Below are positions 55,301 through 64,000 of a DNA stretch of 64,000 nt, one piece after another. This DNA is from Octopus bimaculoides (Eukaryota). How positions within the stretch are numbered: position 1 is the first letter of the stretch; each line of letters starts with the position of its first letter. The notes beneath the pieces were generated by a model, which saw only the letters and a list, made by a program, of their open reading frames with translations, searched no databases and was not told the origin of the DNA. The stretch spans positions 54,640,099 through 54,704,098 of the forward strand of contig NC_068997.1 in NCBI RefSeq assembly GCF_001194135.2, in the 5' to 3' direction. The translations under genes and the position numbers were made by a program.

Positions 55301-56156
55301 TAATAGCTTATGATGGAAAGCTAGCAGATCTCAACTGATGATGCGTTAAGTACTTAATAAATAGGATAGTGTTAATTGTTCTTATAACAATGCCACTATT
55401 TTAAACACCAAATATCTATAACTATAAAACTACCCAGAGAAAGTCTTTGAATTTTCTAATCATTGATATGTAGATTTAGAGGAGGATAAATACAATTTTA
55501 CTGGTTTGAAAACTGAATACTAGAAGCATTAACAATTCAGTCTTAGAATCTAGCTTCAAAGAATAATATAAAAACTGAGCAAATTGCCATTGAAGATTGT
55601 TTTTGTATATTTATTACAAAGTTCTATTGTTTTGTGCTCAAAATTTCATTTTATTGTAGAGTGTGAATTTGCAATCAATAATGAGCTGCTTCTAAAAATA
55701 TAAAAATTCTACTGTTGCTCTTCTATAGAGAAATTTACTATCATTAAAATATTATACAGATTATATTGGGCATTGCAGACTGTTCTGCAAATTACAGAGT
55801 ATATCAACAAGGAGTACTTCATCACTACAAAAGTAATATAATACTGATTGAAGCCAACTAAAATTTTGATTTGGTTTCGGTTGAGAATTAAGTCTAAAAA
55901 AGGTAAGCAATATTGATACAATAACAGATAAAACAGATGAAAAATAGAGGGTCCAGTTCTAGCAGTTTTCAAAAGATTTATTAGAATGTAATATAAACAT
56001 AATAATTAATGATATTTTGTCTACTTACATTACATGACGTGTTTGTATGCCCCTTCCACAAGTTGTTGGGGATCGATACACACAAGAAGACCATCCATCA
56101 TGTCTCCATACATATTCCTTACAATCAGTTTTGCAAAGTTTGGTTTGTATTTCTGC
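29410..56156 (-). CDS. THSD7A: Thrombospondin type-1 domain-containing protein 7A/7B-like, 3' partial gene (11 exons in window, 568 aa plus stop; N-terminal exons outside window)
   Basis: Hand-spliced exons join in frame through GT-AG introns (128+154+273+115+146+114+97+207+216+94+163 = 1707 nt). Repeated TSP1 motifs (WxxW, CxxS/TCG, RxRxVxC). THSD7-type C-terminal signatures: 'WKYSKWNKNKRHVWCERSDSLNVTGAC', 'CDPPC...CQC', then 'SIWMYAVIGGG' leading into a TM helix. A versus B paralogue cannot be resolved; likely co-orthologue. Confidence 0.9.
29662..29835 (+). mobile_element. Second copy of the piggyBac-like MITE, in the last THSD7-like intron
   Basis: Colinear similarity to 12101-12290. Confidence 0.5.
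31176..31269 (-). CDS. THSD7A: THSD7-like transmembrane exon (KRGSMSIWMYAVIGGGTLAVAGLTYFFYAI), phase 1 to 2; absent from ORF track
   Basis: Acceptor ttctgtttcag|AC, donor TG|gtatca; about 24 uncharged residues; resembles the vertebrate 'TWVYGVAAG' TM entry as I recall it. Confidence 0.88.
32271..32483 (-). mobile_element. Same SINE family, inserted in an (AAT)n microsatellite with a 25-bp TSD
   Basis: Identical taataataatgataataataataat at 32246-32270 and 32484-32508. Confidence 0.8.
33367..33582 (-). CDS. THSD7A: THSD7-like exon (ACDENTYPG...CDPPCPDNGSVC...CQC...GCGP, Thr-rich stalk), phase 1 to 1
   Basis: Acceptor aaaacag|GT, donor T|gtaagt; 216 nt open frame with a Cys-rich juxtamembrane module. 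Confidence 0.9.
33630..33950. mobile_element. hAT-like MITE with 14-bp TIRs (cagtggtgaactgg / ccagtccaccactg)
   Basis: TIRs match 13/14; flanking 8-mers tttataaa and gctataac share TATAA (degenerate TSD); subterminal gggggccc and gggccccc motifs. Confidence 0.65.
35356..35562 (-). CDS. THSD7A: THSD7-like exon (TDHERGIQSRSRAIL...CERSDSLNVT), phase 1 to 1
   Basis: Acceptor gtttcag|TT, donor G|gtaaga; GIQSRSRAILAYP and RHVWCERSD motifs typical of THSD7 C-terminal repeats. Confidence 0.93.
36358..36458. repeat. Compound (TATG)n-(TG)n-(TA)n microsatellite
   Basis: Seen directly. Confidence 0.95.
37012..37108 (-). CDS. THSD7A: THSD7-like exon (TKRSCYIGCPGECVLTEWSEWSACYLNCRDKG), phase 0 to 1; absent from ORF track
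   Basis: Acceptor ttctaaag|ACT, donor G|gtaagc; CPGECVLTEWSEWSAC. Confidence 0.92.
37352..37650 (+). mobile_element. Helentron-associated non-autonomous element (HINE/DINE-1-like)
   Basis: 5' end attacctccaccaaggaaggaagttatg followed by gtccgtctgtcc (GTCY) repeats, the typical architecture of these elements; CpG-rich relative to its flanks. Confidence 0.5.
37733..37846 (-). CDS. THSD7A: THSD7-like exon (KGVCGHGVQIRNITC...FCKANRSIAAIK), phase 0 to 0; absent from ORF track
   Basis: Acceptor ttctttcaag|AAA, donor AAG|gtagca; CGxGVQxRxxxC motif; 38 codons. Confidence 0.9.
38713..38858 (-). CDS. THSD7A: THSD7-like exon (TSQRQRYVLKK...GRPC...CFRWDVTEWTECFTE), phase 1 to 0
   Basis: Acceptor atgttcag|GT, donor GAG|gtaaaa; RxR and GRPC motifs. 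Confidence 0.92.
39676..39928. mobile_element. Foldback/MITE: 109-bp inverted arms (39676-39784 and 39820-39928) with a 35-bp loop
   Basis: Direct comparison of the arms shows only 3 mismatches. Confidence 0.9.
41143..41720 (+). mobile_element. Internally deleted mariner transposon remnant
   Basis: TA plus terminus tacaaggtggtatcaaaatgtt; ATG at 41339 gives MDRKSEQRANAKF*VRLGKFATETLNMLQQAYGDEA...FKSGRTSLEDDE (mariner HTH), fused to GIVHQEFIPQGQTISQEFYCNVLKCLREDI...NWILHKNNTPCH (degenerate HHDNAPAH). Confidence 0.88.
44890..45180 (+). mobile_element. RTE 3'-UTR-derived fragment; other copies at about 2560-2890, 31550-31710, 36030-36210, 49780-49930, 53860-53955 and 58425-58479
   Basis: Similar to the reverse complement of 16879-17230 (aaagcaccc.ctacactc...ggcgttagaaagggcatccagctgtagaaac...ccaacccatgc.agcatggaa). 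Confidence 0.7.
46590..46730 (+). mobile_element. 3' part of a second SINE family; related copies on the minus strand at about 22905-23090 and 35840-35930
   Basis: Shared 'aagagaccgatagaataagtactaggctta...ggggtcgattt...ccagcatggc.gcagtcaaatgactgaaac' core. Confidence 0.7.
46905..47019 (-). CDS. THSD7A: THSD7-like exon (VAGKPK...CEIPCDENCLLSTWSSWGPCSKSCGL), phase 0 to 1
   Basis: Acceptor tttcatcag|GTC, donor G|gtaagt; canonical WSSWGPCSKSCG. Confidence 0.93.
49168..49440 (-). CDS. THSD7A: THSD7-like exon (PCNMQQTQWRTRKV...CGFGKKERFVMC...CYE), phase 0 to 0
   Basis: Poly-T acceptor tttttag|CCC, donor GAA|gtaagg; 91 open codons with TSP1 cysteine spacing. Confidence 0.93.
49985..50121 (-). mobile_element. 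5' terminal fragment of the same mariner family
   Basis: The reverse complement aligns colinearly with 41143-41280 (aaggtggcatcaaaaagtt...cagatggcagca...gtgcacagtgagag...gtgacat). Confidence 0.75.
50943..51096 (-). CDS. THSD7A: THSD7-like exon (CVEKDD...CIRECVVSEWTEWTKCDV), phase 2 to 0
   Basis: Acceptor taaattag|A, donor GTA|gtaagt; CVVSEWTEW motif. Confidence 0.92.
51277..51550 (+). mobile_element. GGAGTC-repeat non-autonomous DNA element fragment (hAT-like)
   Basis: Starts agagctgtggagtcagagtc with multiple GGAGTY subterminal repeats; no right TIR seen. Confidence 0.4.
53052..53269 (+). mobile_element. Same SINE family with a 13-bp TSD
   Basis: aatattgtttatt at 53039-53051 and 53270-53282; B-box-like gagttcaaatt. 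Confidence 0.82.
56029..56156 (-). CDS. THSD7A: THSD7-like exon (AEIQTKLCKTDC...TCGRGIQTRHV), phase 0 to 2
   Basis: Acceptor ttgcag|GCA, donor AT|gtaagt; TSP1 motif WSSC...CGRGIQTR. Confidence 0.88.
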
Positions 56157-56849
56157 CTGCAAACAATAGAAATAATGGTGAGAAATTAGAGTTAAGCTAA
56201 ATTTAAATCTAAGATGATAAATTAGGTTTGTATCCATATATTTTAAACCCAATGATGTCTCTATGAATGTTATTACATTTACAATATTAACTAAAACTAA
56301 CATAACACAGGGTGTGAGATTTATGTTTTCTTTGACTGATGACATAATCCAGAAACTAGAAAGTTTAATTTGAGAACAAAGCCAGGTTTTGTGACAAAAA
56401 TAATCATAGGATTTGTAATGAGAACTTCAGAAGACAGGATCAGTTGTTGCTTATGTTTATGTGAGAGCTAAATTAGCTTTGTTCTGAGCAAGGATCAGAT
56501 CAACATTCCACCTCTTGGAGAATTTATTCCTCTTCATCGAGGAATGGTGGGTAGATTTATGGTGAAGAGATTTCGAACGCATCTTTACAAGAATGATGTT
56601 ATGAAAGTTGCAGAATATTATAAGGTCCATGTTTCAAATAGTTATTTAAATATCAAATATGACATTGGCACTCTCAGTTTATCTGCCTCCCTTCCTCTCC
56701 GTCTTATATATAACTTTGCCAGCTCCCACCACTGTACCTAATCCTTCCTCCTAGAAAGTCAACTCTCTGAACCTCTCTGTGGATGTCTACTTGCAACAAT
56801 TAATGCCATAATTTTTGAAAGGTCTCTGAAGGCAACGAGCATTACTGCC

Positions 56850-58380
56850 ACTTTCTTTTGACCCAGTAAATAATATAAGAAACAATTAGAGACATTTCAT
56901 TAGGACAAACTACTTCAGGCTAATGACCAGTTCTGTAATTAATGAAAAGCTCCATCCAGATATGGACAACAGGGTAATAGAATCCTTTATTAGAAAACAA
57001 GGCTGTAAGAATCAAGTTGTATCCAAAAGAAATTAAGAGGCTCTGAGTTACCTGATCACAAACTGGTAAATAAAACATCAGATTGAGAGGTTTCTGAATG
57101 TTTTGTATGGTAAGGATGAAGAATTCTGGATTGTAAGACATTTATGTGAACCAGGATGTTATTGGTTAGATATGCATTTAAATGGTAAATGCTGTCTCTG
57201 AGATTTAAAAGAGGTATGGCAGTGTGACTGCAAGAAACTATCATACAAAGAAAATGAAGGTAGTGATGTTGAACGAAGAGGTGTGGTGGATGGACTTTGT
57301 TGCTGCAGCCTGGGTTGGAACCCAGCCATAAGAGAAGGTTTTAAGAGAAAGATGGGGAGCTAGCAGCATAATTTGTTACGGCCATGGCCACTGAAAGAGA
57401 GGCTTATTTAAGTGTTAAAGCTTTAAGTTGATTGGTATTATCTAGTACATTCAGTTAGGTGCACAATTTGTTAAGCTCAAAGGCTGGTATAGCTGTATGG
57501 ATATTAACAAGTAAATGATCAAAGCAGATTGACTAATGATGAGAATTATAGATTTGATGAGTTAATGGAACATATCAGAAAATCAAGAAAGAATCATAGG
57601 AAATCTATAACAACACATGATATGTTAAATTAAATGGAAATTGATATTGGAAGAGGATATGGAACCATAGATCATGTTTCCAGTATGATAGATATAAAGA
57701 ACAATTGAGTTTATTCTGTTCTTAGTAGTTTAGTAGTAACTAAAAAAGTTAGTGGTCGAAGCAGAAAACAAAAAGTGCCATAAACCAAGGATTACATTTT
57801 AGCAGCAAATTATCTTTATTTATTTGTTATCTTGAGACAATAGCTCAGGAACTTTGTCATGGGTCTCCTTGCAGAGATATTTCAGAAATAATTTCTAATC
57901 CAGAAGCATTGTCAAAATTAAATAGACTAAATTTTAATGTTATAAAGATCAGTCAGAAATTAGACTGTGGGTTAAGGGCAAGCAGTAGGTATGAAACCTG
58001 TGCATGTTCATTCCTGATTATTTGACAAAGAACCAAGATTTTATTTACACCAAATGTACGAGAGTTGTTAACAGATAGGGCAGCTAAGAAAATATTTTAT
58101 TGGTTTGCCCTGCTGACATACTAGAAATCCTGGATAGTTTCTCTGAATTAGGTGATGCAATGAGCGTTAGGAACAGGATTCAAATGACTGAAAGTGGTGG
58201 GATTATGATAGACAGAAGGGTTTCTCTTGTTATTTGTAGAGAAATGTTAGCGAGGGATGTGTTGAGTTTATGTGGGATGAGTGATGATAACTCGAAAAAT
58301 GACAAAGTGCAAGTAGGCTGAGTTCACTTGGATGATCAGCATTTTTTTTCCAGTCAGATCTTTAGAAATGTATCCCATAA
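56850..58380 (-). mobile_element. Heavily decayed CR1/L2-like LINE remnants; a related endonuclease-like piece lies at about 60660-61220
   Basis: Weak motif traces only (an 'SDH' segment at about 60730; purine-biased plus strand typical of antisense LINE). No long ORF. Confidence 0.35.
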
Positions 58381-58479
58381 CTAAGAAATAGAATATATTA
58401 AACATACTGTTAGGGTTAGGGTTAAATCGTCTAACCCATGCTAGCATGGGAAGCGGACGTTAAACGATGATGATGATGA

Positions 58480-58667
58480 CTGTATATACTTGCGGACGGT
58501 CACACTTTTTTACCAAAATATTTAACAGATGTTAGTTATATTTACATTAAAAAAAGGCCATGTAACTCCTCAGATTAATGTGTGACCTATCTGCAAGTCA
58601 AATGCAAATACCTACTTTGACAACCCCAAACTATTCACTGGTGTGACCTATCCATGAGTATATACAG
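58480..58667. mobile_element. pogo/Tigger-like MITE
   Basis: Imperfect TIRs of about 26 bp, ctgtatatacttgcggacggtcacac / gtgtgacctatccatgagtatatacag, followed by TA. Confidence 0.65.
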
Positions 58668-61600
58668 TAATCAATTAATAATAATCACTTAGATTCATTG
58701 GCAGCACAAAACCAGAGATGTGTAACAGAAGGGTTTTGAATTAAATGACTCAGCTCTATTAAATGCATGGTATTTCTTGTTAAAACCTCCTGAAGGAATG
58801 GTAAAACACGTGTAGGTTAAAGTTTGACCTAGGGATGTTTTACTTGCGATATATAATAATAATACTGTAAATTGTCTAGTATGGTATGATACTCTAGCTG
58901 CCTCAGATAATAGTGAAGTTGGTAAATCAATATAGCTTGATTTAGAGTCATGAATATGCAGAGATGTAGTTGTTTGAAAATAGAAAGTCATCTGGGTCTC
59001 CGGTTCTATGTTACTGATGCCTGCTTCATAGAAATGTAGACTTTATTTTTGGTTTTAGATTCTACAAATTTGTCAACCATTATTTTACATTCGTAGCTTC
59101 CCTATATTGCTGCAACATCAATGATGCTTTAAAATTTTGACATAAATAGATAATGAAAGAAGTAATTTCTGCTTCATTCAAGCAACACACTTTGCTGAGA
59201 ATCCTTCAATGCATGGATTCCAGTACAAGAGTATTACCATTGATTTTGTGGTGAAAATAGGAGGTTAATGTTTCAGATTTGCCTAGCTATCAGGATCAGA
59301 GCCATCTTAATTCCATAAAGGTTGGCATAGTTGTTCACTGAACTGGAAGTAGCAGTCAAATTTCATACAAATCACACCAAGCTGTCTTAAAAAGAGAAGG
59401 TCCTATTGAATAACTAGATGGTGAGAAAAAGATGGGCTGATGATGACTGAAATGTCTTTGATGCTACTTCTGTTTGAGTTGAAGCTAAACAGATCATGAC
59501 TAAATCATATAACTCGCTTAGCCATGGTTTATCACTTATGGACTTAATGCTTCAATAATGTATCTAATTAAGTCACTTCATTAAGTCTTTATTTAATGAC
59601 CATTCTCATAATTGGAATATTTATTGTTTTTACATCAATCAAACTCATAATCTCACAGCTGGATTAATCAATTGTTAGAACATCTGATGCACTAATACCT
59701 TGTGGTACTTTTTCTAGATCTTTGCACCCTTAGTTTAAATCCAACCACGGTCAGCATTGCTTTTCATCCTTCCAGAATCAATAAATTAACAGTCCAAGGT
59801 CGAGAGAATGGGTTGAATTATTAATGTATTATTTTTGTCTGTGTAGATACCTTGCAGTATTTGTCACCAGTGATGTTGGTGGTGCTAAGATGCATCAGCC
59901 CTGCCTTTCCCATGGACAACCTAAATGATATGAAGAAGGAGACCTGCATGGGTAGGGAACACTCAGAGTTCAACTTGAGGTCTTAAGCAATAAATCAGAG
60001 GTCCAGCCCTATTCCATATAGTCTAACAATTAAGAAAAATTACGATCTTGTTTTTAGCTGTACAGCAAATAGCTGAAACATTTTCAGATAAAATGTTATT
60101 TTTATTACACTTATCTTTGAGAAAAACACTCCATGATAATGTGAAAGCAATTTTATGAAAGGATAATAAATGTTTTGGAATAGGTTGATGATTGCATCTA
60201 AGTATAATATTAAAAAGACAATCTGATGGAAAAATTATAGCATACAGTTTGTTTTTTTATCTTTTTTAAGAAATTGTTTTATATCTAAGACATTTTGGGA
60301 AAGTATTTCTCATAACATGAACATAAAACAAAGAACAAGTTGTTACTAAAGGTGAGCAGTAGATTATTATTGGAGTAGATTAAATGTGCTAAGCTGAACA
60401 CGTTGTATCCATTCACATTCTGAGATCAAATCCTGCTTTAGCTCTCATCCTTTTAAGGTTAAAATTAACACCACTTAAGAATTAAAGGAGGGTGGGGGGT
60501 GTAAATTGATTGATGACAGTGCATTATTTTGTGATCTTGTATCAAAATAAGATGTCATTGTTAAAATAGTTTTAAATATAATAGAATCACAATCTGACAT
60601 TTTACATTAAAAATTTGTTAAATTCAGACATGGGATCAGATTTTATTGGTTAACTCTCTTCTATTCAGTGGGTATGTCAGTGTTGGAAGCTGTTCTAGGT
60701 TAGACTGCATCTGAGGAGGAGAATGGTCAGAGGTCATGCTTATATTAAGTTGTCCTAAACTGACATAGAGGATAACAGAATGTAGCTGTAGCTCATACAG
60801 GAGCAGAGAAAGTCTTCCTCAAACGATGCGGATCTGAGAAAGAAAGATCAGGTGTGTTCCGTAATACAAGAGTCTGAAATGTGATTCAATGTGGATTGTA
60901 AGATTAAGAAATTAAGTGCATCAATGGGGTTTAGAAATTAAGTGCATCAATGGGGTAACAACAAGAGGAACAAAGCTCAGAGCAGAAGTGATAAAGATGA
61001 ATATCAGAGAGGAGCACAGTTCAGTGTTAAGCCAGTGGTCATAAAGGTTTGTGAGTGTGCTTGGCCCTTGGTCAGCTCTCTTCTCACTGGTATGAGAGAG
61101 AGTCGACCAAGACGAGTGTTCAGTGTACAAGTATGGGATGTATTTTGTAAATAGTTAGTGATGTTTTCATTCGAGGAACTGCTGGTGGTGATGGTGAGGT
61201 GGGAGGAAGGAAAATAGCAATATATAGATTTGTTAAAGTATAAATTTGGTATGTACAAAGTTTAGCCATGTATGTTAGATGTAGATTTGTAAACAAACAG
61301 GTTAATGAAAAGGCAATTTAATTATTAGCTTGTTGCCCTGTCTCAGAGAGAAATGTCAACTAATCACTGCAAACAAACAAGGAGAATGACAGTCAAAGTA
61401 TGTTCTACTCTTTCTCGCTGAAAGACTTGACCCTTAAAAAATAATAAAACACTGAAACTGAAGTAGCTTTCCAGTTCTTTTGATAATATAGAAAGTGAAG
61501 ATATTAGAAATAATTAGCTCTTAATTGTCTGTCATTATGTCTTTTAGTCAGTGCATGTTTAACAAATTAGCTATAAAATGTGCAAATAAAAAGAATCCTG

Positions 61601-62457
61601 AGTAATTTTAATTAAATTTCAAGTTTATCATTCTGAATATGCTCCAAGTTTAGTAACAGTTTTATAGTTTCAGTATTAAAACTGCAGTTTGAAGATATTC
61701 TTAATTAGCTACTAATTTAGAATCAAGCTTGACTTGTTATAGACTAACAAATATTCCTGTTCAGAAATTAACAGTAGGTTAAATTTTTCAACTGTAACAT
61801 TTTGAAATAATTGCTTCAAAATATTTCCTTAGAATGAAAAGAACATATTTTTCTTATCTCTCAGAATATCTGTTAAATATTGTATCGTGGGAGGGTCATA
61901 TTGCCAATTAGAACATTCACACATTTTGTTCTGTTTCACTTCTTTCTTACCAGTTTATTAATTGAGTGCTTCACTAATTGTTTGATCAATCATTGGATAC
62001 ATCATGATAGAAATAGTGCTTAGTAGGCACATCATTAATCAAGCTGCTAAAAGGAACGTAAGGACTCTGACAGGCCAACTGATTCATTGATCAAATTTAT
62101 TAGTCAAGGAATTAATTATTTAACTTGTTGAATAATGAAATGCATCCAAAGTGTGTGTTAATATCAACAAAGTGACCCTCCCAAGATACAATGACATTTG
62201 TTTCAAGATACCTCACATCAAGAGACTTGCAAAACAAACAGAAAATTGAAATAATAGTCCAACATTTAAAATTCATAAAATAAACCTGAAGTATAAATAG
62301 AAATTATTTGGTAATAATTGAGATTTTTTCTTTTTTTGTCTAATTACTAATGTGCAGTGTTTTAATCCTGTGTAGGCTGACACAGGAATAAACTAAAGAA
62401 TTGAAGTATGAAACAATTGCTAAAATATATTCCTGTGTTAGGTTTGGACAGAAGAGA

Positions 62458-62462
<5 letters not shown>

Positions 62463-62500
<38 letters not shown>
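62463..62500. repeat. (GA)n microsatellite; also (CT)n at about 63940-63971
   Basis: Seen directly. Confidence 0.95.
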
Positions 62501-62505
<5 letters not shown>

Positions 62506-63933
62506 ACAGAAATAACAGAAATAGAGTGAAAAAGTTAAAGCTGTGATGCATTTATATAATGCGATACAGCAGTTGACAAGTAAAGAAGAAAAGAATGGCA
62601 AACACATAAGTTATAATTTGCTCAACTTCAAAAGTTTTTTTTGACAGTCAATTCTTTGGGATTAAGTGAAGCATGAAGAACATAATGTTTGTATAATGAG
62701 AACTAGGCATCAGTTTTATGATGGTTTTATTGGTCTTCAGATAGATTATGAATCCAAAGATGAAGTCAATTTTTTTTTTTTTTGTTGATTCTGTTACAAA
62801 TACAGGTTTTAAAAGATTTCAAGGATAATTTCATTTGGAAAAATGACAACATGATTATTGACCCCTGAACTAATCAATGTTTTTAATCAACAATGAAAGA
62901 AAATATTATTGTGACCTGACCTCCTATTTCCAAGTTGGTTTGACTGTTTGATTTCTCTGCTTGCACTATGACCCACCAGATGGTCAAACATCAGAGATTC
63001 TAGTAATTAGTTCAGATTCATTGAGTGTAAACTTAATAGTAACCATAAATTGGAATCTGTCCAACTTTCAGTCTTTTAAAGTTCAATCTCCACAGTTGTT
63101 AGATTTTGAAGCTCTGTCATTTATTACAGCATACAATTTTATTTGCTAACTTTGTGCATATTTCAAATTGAGTTTTCTTATTTTCTCTTTCTGTTTTCAT
63201 ACTTAAAAATTTTATGATTAAATCATTGAACACAAGTCAAGTGAAAGTAGATGTAGTGATAATTTTGAGCAAATCTTTAACCTAGAGTCGATTTGTTATG
63301 TGAAGCAGAAATTATATGAAGAGTGTTTTAACCTTTATGTCTGTAATATTATTAGGTTAACCATTTCATGCATGGAATAGCCAGTTGTGGTTACATACTT
63401 GCATATCAATGGTGCAAAGAAAACTAATCTCTGACATGATTTTATTGTTTAATATGTCTATTTCCTCCCATCAATATCATAATGTAGCTAGTTTTATATA
63501 CCTGTTTTTGATAATAGCATCTAAATACAGAATAAAAAGGATTTTAAGCTTAATAGGGGTTACCTAGCATATATCAGAAGACAATAGTCTTTGGGGAAAT
63601 GGCAAATCTGGCAGAATACAGGATTAAATGTAGCTAGTTATATAGCTTTACATTCAGTCAAAATATTGCTGAAGCTGTCTTCTGAAATCTTTCATTGTTT
63701 TCAGGTGATGAAGTAAATTCTAACCAATGACTAACCATGAAAATTGGCTACATACTTAAAACAAATTTTTTGTCTTAAACCAGCATTAGAAACCTGTATT
63801 GAGATACAAGAGTAGTCAGCACAGATAACTGTTTGCAGTTACAGCTGGCCACGTGTATAAACTACTTTATAAAAGAAAATGAGAAACCAGATGCATGCTG
63901 TTTCTTTGACCCTCTCTTTTTCTCTCTCTTTCT

Positions 63934-63974
<41 letters not shown>

Positions 63975-64000
63975 ATGCTTTGAAATTCTCTTATAACTGC

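Noticed and set aside
60907-60956. 26-bp tandem duplication (agaaattaagtgcatcaatggggt x2)
   Set aside because: Two copies only, inside a decayed LINE; ordinary local duplication, not an array.
56157-64000. Search for further upstream THSD7-like exons
   Set aside because: No Cys/Trp TSP1-type frame with valid splice sites was found; candidates near 61950-62050 and 62210 contain stops or lack motifs, so this is treated as intron.
1-64000. CRISPR arrays, rRNA, intact tRNA, prokaryote-like operons or intact transposase/RT ORFs
   Set aside because: None seen; all repeats are microsatellites or dispersed eukaryotic elements, and every element-derived frame is interrupted or truncated.

Overview
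AT-rich eukaryotic genomic DNA, dense in microsatellites, SINEs, LINE remnants and MITEs. The repeat landscape resembles an octopus (coleoid cephalopod) genome; that species call is inference from remembered repeat families. The one well-supported gene is on the minus strand: the 3' part of a THSD7A/THSD7B-like type I membrane protein. I assembled 11 exons by hand from 56156 to the stop at 29410. All have GT-AG boundaries and compatible phases, giving 1707 nt (568 aa plus stop): tandem TSP1 repeats, a Cys-rich juxtamembrane module, one TM helix and a cytoplasmic tail. Its 5' exons lie beyond 64000. The left half has no identifiable protein gene. It does contain a CpG-enriched promoter-like island at about 13.65-14.15 kb (E2F, GC-box and CCAAT motifs, a candidate 12-nt microexon) belonging to an unidentified transcript. 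Mobile elements include R4/Dong-like, RTE, RTE-X, Penelope-like and CR1/L2-like retroelement fragments, mariner remnants, hAT-, pogo- and piggyBac-like MITEs, a 109-bp-arm foldback and many tRNA-derived SINEs; there is also a decayed tRNA-Leu. Nearly all supplied ORFs are repeat or microsatellite artefacts. I found no convincing novel multi-gene system; the findings are modest leads.
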